Origin: a virus
Lineage: Duplodnaviria; Caudoviricetes
Reading direction: 5' to 3' (one strand)
IMG/VR virus record: IMGVR_UViG_3300011531_000019
Coordinates: 3,421 to 67,420 of that record
DNA: 64,000 nucleotides
The notes beneath the pieces are model-generated. The model worked only from the letters and a program-made list of their open reading frames with translations. It made no database searches and was not told the DNA's origin. The position numbers were made by a program, and so were the translations under genes. The number at the start of each line of letters is the position of its first letter. The first letter of the stretch is position 1. Positions 19,978 to 27,965 of the stretch are shown in pieces.

Positions 19978-19999
19978 ATGTAACTGCTGGTGTAAGTAA
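19978..19999 (+). repeat. Probable integrase arm-type site (copy 1)
   Basis: atgtaactgctggtgtaagtaa, 21/22 identical to 46367-46388. Confidence 0.7.
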
Positions 20000-20216
20000 T
20001 TTCCATCAACGAAGATCAATCCTACATACCGACCAAAAAGGCCGGATAGGACTTCGCTCGCTATACAGCCAATGTCTGCTAATTTAGTTGTCCCTTTCTA
20101 CACCACTCCTAAATTCAATGCGTTGGCAATGTGTTCAATAAAGCTCGAACAAATTAGCTCATTATGTCGGTTAATACTTCAGCTTCTGTTTGCATGATGG
20201 TTTATCCGTAAAAAGT

Positions 20217-20249
20217 TAACGCGCCTGCCGGGTGATGGCAGGCGCGTTA
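20217..20249 (-). terminator. Terminator hairpin downstream of ykfI
   Basis: taacgcgcctgcc-7 nt-ggcaggcgcgtta perfect 13-bp stem; T-run follows on the minus strand. Confidence 0.65.
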
Positions 20250-20310
20250 CGCAATATGTAAACAAGGAAGGTAGATCAGAAATGTAAATCGGGAATGCTG
20301 TTCGCAATGT

Positions 20311-20652
20311 TCATCGTACTTCGCTGTTACGGCTTTGCTTCAACAAGCCAGTTGCCTGCCGCGCCCGTAAAATATCTACCCCCCGAAGATAAGGGGATTG
20401 TTCCTGCCAGCTAAATCCCTTCCTGTCGTTACGCACCAGTCCGTATTTTTCCACCAGAAAGTTCACGGCATCAGCCAGCGTGATGCCGGCATCGATATGT
20501 TCCTGTATAACACGTTCCTCACTGAATGGTGTGTCGTTGAGGGTGAGACCATAGTGCTGTTCAAGCAGGTGTGTCAGTAGCATTTGCCAGACTACCTCGG
20601 GTGACAGGCAGGGCTTTACCGCCCGCGAAGTTGCTGCAGGTTGAGATTTCAT
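20311..20652 (-). CDS. ykfI: CbtA/YkfI-family type IV toxin
   Basis: [21 protein letters not shown] and [17 protein letters not shown]; start at MKSQPAA. Confidence 0.93.
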   Translation of the reverse strand: MKSQPAATSRAVKPCLSPEVVWQMLLTHLLEQHYGLTLNDTPFSEERVIQEHIDAGITLADAVNFLVEKYGLVRNDRKGFSWQEQSPYLRGVDILRARQATGLLKQSRNSEVR

Positions 20653-20672
20653 TTTTGCTCTCGTGAAATTAG

Positions 20673-20990
20673 TTAGCGTTGAGTGGGATAAATGGCGATG
20701 TATACGTAGCCGCAACTGCCAAGGGTGTCGGCTTCGCAGGTAAAACTATTGTGGTACAGGGTAATGCAGTGGGCATAAAGGGGATTCAGTTCACCGGTAG
20801 TCAGCATTAATTCCATCTGGCTGATAAAGTGCGGGAAAGTTTCATCCAGCTTCCGGCATTCGGGGTCACTGAACTTTCCGGTGATGCTGGCCCGGTCAGC
20901 CAGATAATGCAGCCGGTTGCCCTTCTGTACCAGGCGGGCTCCCAGGCGTGGCGTGATATGCCGCTGCAGGCCCCATGTGGTGTTGCTCAT
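20673..20990 (-). CDS. yafW: CbeA/YafW-family antitoxin
   Basis: [26 protein letters not shown] and [16 protein letters not shown]. Confidence 0.93.
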   Translation of the reverse strand: MSNTTWGLQRHITPRLGARLVQKGNRLHYLADRASITGKFSDPECRKLDETFPHFISQMELMLTTGELNPLYAHCITLYHNSFTCEADTLGSCGYVYIAIYPTQR

Positions 20991-21008
20991 TTATAACCTC
21001 CTTTATTG

Positions 21009-21230
21009 TCAGTTCAGGGTGATACTCATCAGGCAGGCGTAAGGCCCGTTGCGGTACTGGCGGCGTTCGGCGTATACCGCCAGGACTCCTGTGATATCCG
21101 GAACGTCCCTGCCGATGTAATGACAGACGCTACCGTGCCACTGATATCTGCCGGTGCAGTAGCGAAAAATTCGGGACTCAGGATGCTGGCGGTAAATAGT
21201 CATCGCCCGGCGTTTACTGATAATTTTCAT
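21009..21230 (-). CDS. DUF987 family (YeeT/YkfH-like)
   Basis: MKIISKRRAM.IYRQHP.SR.FR.CTG.Y.W.GS.CHY. Confidence 0.85.
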   Translation of the reverse strand: MKIISKRRAMTIYRQHPESRIFRYCTGRYQWHGSVCHYIGRDVPDITGVLAVYAERRQYRNGPYACLMSITLN

Positions 21231-21238
21231 GTCATACC

Positions 21239-21715
21239 TCACAGCAGACCGTGTTCTGCGAACGAATAGATTTGCCTGCCGCCGACAATCAGATGGTCAG
21301 GGACACGAATATCCACCAGCTGAAGTACCTGCACCAGTCGCTGCGTGAGGGTTTTGTCAGCCTGGCTGGGTGTCGTCTCACCAGAAGGATGGTTATGCGC
21401 GAGTATCACCGCCGCCGCGTTGAAGTACAGGGCACGTTTGACCACCTCCCGGGGATAGACTTCAGTGCGGTTAATCGTGCCGGTGAAGAGCGTTTCATGG
21501 GCGATAAGCTGGTTCTGATTGTCCAGATACAGCACCCGGAACTCTTCCCGCTCAAGTGCGGCCATATGCAGCCGCAGCCATTCACGTACGGCGTGGGTGG
21601 AGGTGAAGGCTACCCCGGGCTCATGCAGGTGACGGTCCAGAGCCCTGAGTGCCCGCTGGATGAGACGCCGGTCCTGTGGCGTTATCTCGCCGGGTAAAAA
21701 GGAGAGCTGTTTCAT
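21239..21715 (-). CDS. radC: RadC/JAB-domain protein (YkfG/YeeS-like)
   Basis: EVYPREV, AHNHPSG and PSQAD JAB motif. Confidence 0.92.
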   Translation of the reverse strand: MKQLSFLPGEITPQDRRLIQRALRALDRHLHEPGVAFTSTHAVREWLRLHMAALEREEFRVLYLDNQNQLIAHETLFTGTINRTEVYPREVVKRALYFNAAAVILAHNHPSGETTPSQADKTLTQRLVQVLQLVDIRVPDHLIVGGRQIYSFAEHGLL

Positions 21716-21730
21716 TCGTTGTTCCTCCGG

Positions 21731-22189
21731 TCAGTCGATGATGCACAGAATGGCGTGAGCTTCAGGATGCTGCAGGGCATAGCCCCGCAGGCGATAATAG
21801 TGCTCCGTCATGGCATCGCATTCGGTGCGACAGGCGTGATGGCTGTATTCAATCAGGCAGACCGCGATACCTGCGGCTTCTGCACTCATATCCGCATCAT
21901 TGCCGTTCATGCTGTTGAACAAACGCCATTTATCGTCATTGTCAGCATCTGGGGCCATAAACGCGCCGCCATTGCTGAGGGTGTAAAAGGACCAGATACC
22001 ACCGCTGTACTCATCACAGAAGCGGTCCATCCAGGCGAAAATACGCGGCTCCAGGCTTATCCACTGCGGGATAGAACCAAAGTACTGCGGCCAGAAGCGG
22101 ATACGCTGTTCGTCGGGTACCTGCGCTACGGTCAGTTCAAATTCGGACTCGTTAGCAGATGCGAGATTATTTTGTGTCGCTGTTGTCAT
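21731..22189 (-). CDS. klcA: KlcA/ArdB antirestriction protein
   Basis: Y.GG.W.FY.LSNGGAFMAP and MS.EAAGI.VCL..YSH motifs. Confidence 0.88.
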   Translation of the reverse strand: MTTATQNNLASANESEFELTVAQVPDEQRIRFWPQYFGSIPQWISLEPRIFAWMDRFCDEYSGGIWSFYTLSNGGAFMAPDADNDDKWRLFNSMNGNDADMSAEAAGIAVCLIEYSHHACRTECDAMTEHYYRLRGYALQHPEAHAILCIID

Positions 22190-22447
22190 GTAAATGTCTC
22201 CGTCAATAAAAAACGCCAGCGGCGAGGTCTGGCGTATGGGGGTATAAAGCGTATTCGGGAAGGTAAAATGTCGCGGGTAAATGCTTCGGGGTCAGCGGGT
22301 GGAGGTGACCGCACCAAAGCGGTTGGCTAATCTGGTCATAACTAATTCCTTCGGGCATAAAAACAAAAGGCCATGCGTCCAGAAGGAGGCATGGCTTGAT
22401 TAATTGGATAGGTTAATTAAAGATAACAGCTAAAAGAAACAGCCTGC

Positions 22448-22795
22448 TCAGCGACCGGCATAAAGTATTTCAGCTCCCGCTACACCACCATCAATATTTA
22501 CCAGAACATGAATACGCTGATATGCACCGTTGGTCGGGTCCATAACACTGAACTCCAGTACATGGAGTGTATTTCCCGGAATAATCGGGTCTTTGATATC
22601 CGCTAACAACTTCGGTGATTCCCAGTTGGCTTCATGAGCCGCTCCTTCACCCAGCATAACGTCGTACATTTTCTCAGCCGTTGCCAGAGCGGCCTGATGG
22701 TCATTCTGATTGATAGCGGCACAGGTAACTCCAGATGTGGCAAGACCAGCAGTTAACAACAGGCTCGCCAGAATGTTACGTATTTTAAATAGCAT
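22448..22795 (-). CDS. Secreted hypothetical protein
   Basis: Signal-peptide-like N-terminus; co-oriented in the operon. Confidence 0.65.
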   Translation of the reverse strand: MLFKIRNILASLLLTAGLATSGVTCAAINQNDHQAALATAEKMYDVMLGEGAAHEANWESPKLLADIKDPIIPGNTLHVLEFSVMDPTNGAYQRIHVLVNIDGGVAGAEILYAGR

Positions 22796-22807
22796 GGTTT
22801 ATCTCTC

Positions 22808-23350
22808 TCAGTACGCTGGTTTGCTTTTCTTCCGCCATTGACCGTCTTGCCCCTGTTCATAACCCATTTTTTCCATGTCCCGCTTATAGGCTGCTTGGGG
22901 GTCAAAAGCGGGTGCACTCTGATTAATAATGGCTGCGCATACACGGGAAAAATCAGCGGTGTTGAACGTGAAAGCTGAACCAAAGGTATTGATGGTGACC
23001 TTTTTATTAGCCTTAAGTGTACTGATGATGCTCTGAATGTCCCGCGTTGCCGCTGTGGTCTGCACGGCCTGATATTGCGACTGGCTGTTACACATCACAC
23101 TTGACGGATAAACTGTGTCGTTAACCCCAAAATTACTACCGGTGAGCTCAAAAGCCCCCCGTCCGTTGCACTGTGGTTTATTTTCAATCATACCGATGGT
23201 AGAGGGTCTGATACGAAGTAACATCTGACCATTATCACTGTTCGACTGGCAGAATGTTCCGTTCACCGTCCAGGCAGCGGAAGCATGAAAGGTTGTCAGC
23301 CCCAGAATAGCCGCAAGCAGTGAGTTTCTGAACAGGTTTAAGTTTTTCAT
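22808..23350 (-). CDS. Secreted hypothetical protein (Cys-containing)
   Basis: Signal peptide ending ASA-A; four Cys. Confidence 0.7.
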   Translation of the reverse strand: MKNLNLFRNSLLAAILGLTTFHASAAWTVNGTFCQSNSDNGQMLLRIRPSTIGMIENKPQCNGRGAFELTGSNFGVNDTVYPSSVMCNSQSQYQAVQTTAATRDIQSIISTLKANKKVTINTFGSAFTFNTADFSRVCAAIINQSAPAFDPQAAYKRDMEKMGYEQGQDGQWRKKSKPAY

Positions 23351-23411
23351 TGTGTATCTCCATTACATAGGAAAGTCCCGGATTTGCCTTAGATGGCAGT
23401 ACCGGGAGAGG

Positions 23412-24101
23412 TTAAAAACGAAAGGAATTCACGATGTCGTTGATAAGAGGGAAATGCGGCAGTGCGGCGATAAAGCCCTCACCAGCAGTCAGGTAAGAAA
23501 TATCTTCGCGACGTTTAAAGCGCCCCTCATCAAGCGTAACAGCGCCAATACTGGTCAGAGCAAACACAAGGATTTTTCCCGACTGACACACCACCAGATA
23601 CCATTCCTCCACATAGTGAATAAGACGGTAAGGCTCCAATGCTTCATGACGCTGCCCTTCAACCAACACAGTGACTTGTCGTTTCTGGCTGATAGCCTGC
23701 ACAAGGCGGGAAAAGAACTCGGGTAATGCGACATGGGATTTCAGGGGGGCATGCCAGATCAGACAAGGTGAAGTTCCGGACTCGTTCATTAGCAGGTTCA
23801 TTAGTTGCCTGTCTTGCACCGGGATTATCCGCGCAATCCCTGTAGTACGGATAAACGAGAATGCGCCCGATGAATGATCGGGTGGTTGGCAATCATTCAA
23901 ACGGTATCGTCCATTTTCATCCAGAATATCCAGATGGATTAGCCTCTGATTGAAGTCACGTTGTAGAGTGCGTTCAGAGACACCAAATTCATCCACCAGA
24001 GATTTGAGTGAGAGTGTTTCTCCAGCAAGCAGGCGGCTAATAATGACCGATAATCTGATCGCCAGTCGGTCGTAACGTGAGTCTTGCTCGTTGACGGACA
24101 T
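23412..24101 (-). CDS. HTH-WYL transcriptional regulator (YfjR-like)
   Basis: N-terminal wHTH (EFGVSERTLQRDF); LEPYRL.....WYLV. Confidence 0.88.
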   Translation of the reverse strand: MSVNEQDSRYDRLAIRLSVIISRLLAGETLSLKSLVDEFGVSERTLQRDFNQRLIHLDILDENGRYRLNDCQPPDHSSGAFSFIRTTGIARIIPVQDRQLMNLLMNESGTSPCLIWHAPLKSHVALPEFFSRLVQAISQKRQVTVLVEGQRHEALEPYRLIHYVEEWYLVVCQSGKILVFALTSIGAVTLDEGRFKRREDISYLTAGEGFIAALPHFPLINDIVNSFRF

Positions 24102-24158
24102 ATGGCCTCTCAGGGCAACAAAAATGTTTCTATTTCATGCGGTTATTATGCAGCACAG

Positions 24159-24178
24159 GCCGGACACGTTATGTCGGC
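24159..24178. promoter_or_regulatory. Candidate WYL operator (GACA-N5-TGTC)
   Basis: gccgGACAcgttaTGTCggc, about 60 bp upstream of the WYL start. Confidence 0.4.
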
Positions 24179-24293
24179 AAAGATAGGTAAAATAATGAAA
24201 TCTGAAAAAATAGTGCGGCACGATAACGTATTGTTAAGAAAGGTTTTGTCTGATAAACATTCATCATAGCGACACAACCTGACGGATGTGGTT

Positions 24294-25184
24294 TTAGCCA
24301 AACAATCTGTCCCACAGACCCGTAGCCAGTTGTACCAGTTTCTCGCGTAAACGCAGCAGCAATGCACCCCAGCGCGAAGGAAGCGAGTTCGGGTCTATCA
24401 CAGAATCGAAGGCAGCCCCTGCCATTTCACCAAAGCGCTGGCGTACAGCGTAGTCACTTTCAGCGCTTTGATGTTCAAGTTTCAACTGACGATAAACAGC
24501 ACTACTGGCTTGGAGCGGTAATGCATGCACCATCAGCTCCACCAGAAAGGGCAGGTTGTAACCAGTGTGTGCGGAAACAGCCATTATCGGGAAAGAGGAC
24601 GGCAACTGACCGGAAACCAGCGCACTGACTGCAGCAAGCGAAAGGCGTTGTTCCGTTGAAGGAGAATCCTGAGCTAGGTGTTCAGGCAGGGGGGGGACGC
24701 GATCGGCTTGGGTTATCACAAACAGAAAACGTGAAGGATCGGCACCACAAGCTAACAGCGCCCTGTGAGTCACGATATCTGTTGCTCGGGCACGATCGTC
24801 GGCACGCAACACCCAGATAATCAAATCCAGCTCAGCCAGCAAATTCTGATATAGCGCGAGGTATTTTTCGTCGTACTCCGGTGTCTCGCCCACGCCAGGC
24901 AAGTCAACCAGCGTCATACAACGTCCACCCACGGTCAGAACCAGCCGCTGGGGTTCGCGCGTACAGGCCGTTAAATCACTGGTGAGGCAGACGGTCTGCT
25001 GGAAAAGCGCATTACATAATGAACTCTTGCCCGCACCACTTTTGCCCATAATGCCAATCACGGGTTCGTAATTAATTGCCTTTTGCAGGCGGGAAAGAAT
25101 GCGTTCGGTAGCCTGCTGCGGTAAGAGATTCAGGCAAGTATGTAGCACATCATGGGGATCCTGCGATTCGTGTATTTGAGACAT
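24294..25184 (-). CDS. YeeP/YkfA/YfjP-family GTPase
   Basis: GKSGAGKSS (G1), DLPG (G3), TQAD (G4-like). Confidence 0.88.
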   Translation of the reverse strand: MSQIHESQDPHDVLHTCLNLLPQQATERILSRLQKAINYEPVIGIMGKSGAGKSSLCNALFQQTVCLTSDLTACTREPQRLVLTVGGRCMTLVDLPGVGETPEYDEKYLALYQNLLAELDLIIWVLRADDRARATDIVTHRALLACGADPSRFLFVITQADRVPPLPEHLAQDSPSTEQRLSLAAVSALVSGQLPSSFPIMAVSAHTGYNLPFLVELMVHALPLQASSAVYRQLKLEHQSAESDYAVRQRFGEMAGAAFDSVIDPNSLPSRWGALLLRLREKLVQLATGLWDRLFG

Positions 25185-25456
25185 AGATTACTCCTGTGAA
25201 AAGGCACATCGGAAGATGGCTAACTGGCTGTACATAGGGGTAATATGGTCGTGAAAATATCTGGAATGATTGAGGTGTAGGGAAAGCGAATGTCAACCAC
25301 GCTTAGTGGTGTATTACTGCAGGCAACTCAGTCTTAAGGGCTTGAAAAAGTTACGTGGCATGGCCTTTGCTGCGTATAAAAATGGGTCAGTTTAGATAAC
25401 ATACTGCTTGCCTTCGGTCAAAGTGGTTAAGGGAAAATATAATAAGGGAAATCTGG

Positions 25457-27364
25457 ATGATCAGAAGGTTCAGGTTAGAGCAGAAGTCTCATTATGAGCG
25501 TCTGGTAATTGCTCAGCGATTAACGGATATGTTGGATCGGTTTTTGGGCGGCAGGCTGGCACCGCTTGCAATTGGTGCTGAAATGGGTGGCATTGAGGAA
25601 TGGGACGATGTGGTAATTTTCCACACTAAAGACTTCTTTGAACACTTACAAATTAAGCGGCAGACGACTGATTTCTGCTCTAAGAACCCGGATAAATCAA
25701 AGCATCAAGGCAGACAATCGAAAGAACAACCTGGAGGTTCTGAACCCGCGGATTCGGTTTTAGATTCAGCATTTGCCAGCCTCGCTAAGCACGCTAATTT
25801 AGGCGCTTTCAACGCTACCCCTGAGCGCCGTTTTCAGCTTACCCTCGTTGGTGCTCACCTGAAAATCAAAAAAGACCTAACCGTCGATCATCTAGATGCT
25901 CTGTGCAAATTGTGCCGTCAAGATGGGCTGGATTTGAGAGAACTTGCTAATCGTGAGGATGGTCCAACTGAGCGGTGCTACCTTTGGCTCACGACGTGGT
26001 GTGGGTTTAAAGATTGGGAACAAATCAGAAATACTCTCCGTCGAGTGACCATAATTTGCGTAGGTAATGATGCAACTTTGGAACAACGTTGCATTGAATC
26101 CCTTGGCCGGCATTTTACCGATCCGAAGCGGGCACTTGAGCGCTTGTTAACATATATCGTTGGAGAGGCATCTGACGTATCTGCTTTGGGTTGCTATGCA
26201 GTAGTCAGGGAACTCAAAGACGAGTTACGTCCAGATTTCGAAACCTGGACTCAGTATATGTTAAGTGAGCAAATACATCCTGCTGGAACGCCATGGTTGT
26301 TTTCAGGAACCCATGATCTTGGTGAGATAGCCTCTCAACCAGCACAGGGGGTTGTGAAGCATATGTGGCGAGATGAGCCTGGAAGTAGGAAGCTCAGGAT
26401 ATTTGCCCCATACACACCACTGACAGTAGCTAATCTCACTTTACCAGCTGCCATATTACGCATGGCTTTACACCTACCAAATGGTAGCCAAAGTCTGATG
26501 TTAAACGCACCAGTATGGCGTACGAATGTCGGCCACGAAGTAGGGTATACTCTCGGATGCGCAGAGAGTGACCTTGACAATCTCCCATGGCTTGAAAACC
26601 CAGAGCGACTTACTTGTTTAGAGTCTCAGGAGTTCAAAACGCAAGGTGCAATGCGAGGGGAAGCTAGCGCCCTTGCAAGCGCGATGGATGATTTGGTCTG
26701 GCAACGACTTATTCAAGGTGTCTCGGGGAAGCTAACTGCTATAGCAGATCCGGAACTCGCTGAAGCCATGGAAGTGGTTTGGTTGGAATGGATCGATGAT
26801 TTTTCCTTGACTCCAGAAAGCCGTCGGAAATTTATGGAGCAACTTCTGTACCCTGAGACTGAAGGGAAAAATGCAACTCATGCGCTTCGCCTTGGCCCTC
26901 GTACTTTGGAATTGCTAGTTACTGCAGTAGAAACCCTTTTGCTGGTTGCTGTTGGGATCGGTGGAAATGGCACCAGTTGGAAATATTTTCCTGACTATGG
27001 GCAAGTATTGAGTATCGCGCTCAAATACTGGTCAGGCCCTGCTGGCTGCTCGCCAGAAGTACGCGAGTTATCTGATGACCCATTGATGACTGTCATCGGG
27101 CCGTCTCCTTCCCCGATAGTAATCTTATCAGGTGTAAGTAATTCCCCCTCGGATCTCTTGAATATAGGGATGGCTGACGATGCTGAGTCAGCTACCAGCA
27201 TGGCTGCTGAGCCTCAGCCACACTTGCTAGTTACTCGTTCAGGAGTATTTAATCATCTTCGCAGGGGGACTTTGTCCTCCGTGCGGAAATATTTTGCTAA
27301 GCAGTGGCAAGATCGATTGCTCGCTCGCGAGTCAGCAATCGAACAACACGTGAAAGGAATCTAA
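25457..27364 (+). CDS. ABC-three-component/Lamassu-like effector with N-terminal PD-(D/E)xK (Cap4-like) nuclease
   Basis: WDDVVI...EHLQIKRQ catalytic-like motif; first gene of a coupled three-gene operon ending in an SMC-like ATPase. Confidence 0.65.
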   Translation: MIRRFRLEQKSHYERLVIAQRLTDMLDRFLGGRLAPLAIGAEMGGIEEWDDVVIFHTKDFFEHLQIKRQTTDFCSKNPDKSKHQGRQSKEQPGGSEPADSVLDSAFASLAKHANLGAFNATPERRFQLTLVGAHLKIKKDLTVDHLDALCKLCRQDGLDLRELANREDGPTERCYLWLTTWCGFKDWEQIRNTLRRVTIICVGNDATLEQRCIESLGRHFTDPKRALERLLTYIVGEASDVSALGCYAVVRELKDELRPDFETWTQYMLSEQIHPAGTPWLFSGTHDLGEIASQPAQGVVKHMWRDEPGSRKLRIFAPYTPLTVANLTLPAAILRMALHLPNGSQSLMLNAPVWRTNVGHEVGYTLGCAESDLDNLPWLENPERLTCLESQEFKTQGAMRGEASALASAMDDLVWQRLIQGVSGKLTAIADPELAEAMEVVWLEWIDDFSLTPESRRKFMEQLLYPETEGKNATHALRLGPRTLELLVTAVETLLLVAVGIGGNGTSWKYFPDYGQVLSIALKYWSGPAGCSPEVRELSDDPLMTVIGPSPSPIVILSGVSNSPSDLLNIGMADDAESATSMAAEPQPHLLVTRSGVFNHLRRGTLSSVRKYFAKQWQDRLLARESAIEQHVKGI

Positions 27365-27365
27365 T

Positions 27366-27965
27366 ATGCCAACAATCCCAGAAATGGTTGATGCTATCGC
27401 TAGGCGTGCTGAAGGCCGTTATGAAGTTTCATTACCTGAAACCCTTGAGTTACAGTCTTCGTCAGTTGGATTCGATTCCACGACAGTGCAGTTGAGAAGG
27501 CTTAATCAAGAAGGCGCAGGCTGGCGGACTGTGTTGATCACCGCCCTTGATTTTGATTTGACAGCAATCCAGGGGGCATTTCGTTGGGCGGCAGATGTCC
27601 GAGATATCCTGATTGAGCCACAAACAGCTGATCTCTATATGTTCATGCTCATAGATGGTATTCCGTCTGAAGACGCAGCCCGCCTCGAGACAGATGATCG
27701 TTTCTGTAGAAAGATAGTGGTCAGAGATCAAGAAAGCGTCGACGATTTTTTGAATCGCAGTTTCCTGGCTTCCCTCTCCCCTATTGGTAGCACTGATAAT
27801 ATCAGTGACCCATTACTGGCATCTCTGAGCTCGCTAGGGCTTGCTCATGAGTGGGTGGTACCACATCTTGATGCATGGCGAGAATTACTGCTGTCTGGAA
27901 AATCGGGTGGCGACATCGCTGATGCATTGGAAGAAACTGCGTTTGGTGCCGAGGATCCTCAATGA
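27366..27965 (+). CDS. ABC-3C middle component (LmuC-like position)
   Basis: 199 aa acidic protein between effector and ATPase; ADLYMF and D.RFCRKIV motifs. Confidence 0.55.
   Translation: MPTIPEMVDAIARRAEGRYEVSLPETLELQSSSVGFDSTTVQLRRLNQEGAGWRTVLITALDFDLTAIQGAFRWAADVRDILIEPQTADLYMFMLIDGIPSEDAARLETDDRFCRKIVVRDQESVDDFLNRSFLASLSPIGSTDNISDPLLASLSSLGLAHEWVVPHLDAWRELLLSGKSGGDIADALEETAFGAEDPQ

Noticed and set aside
19866-20087. ORFs spanning att sites (also 46480..46728)
   Set aside because: Chance frames through tRNA remnants
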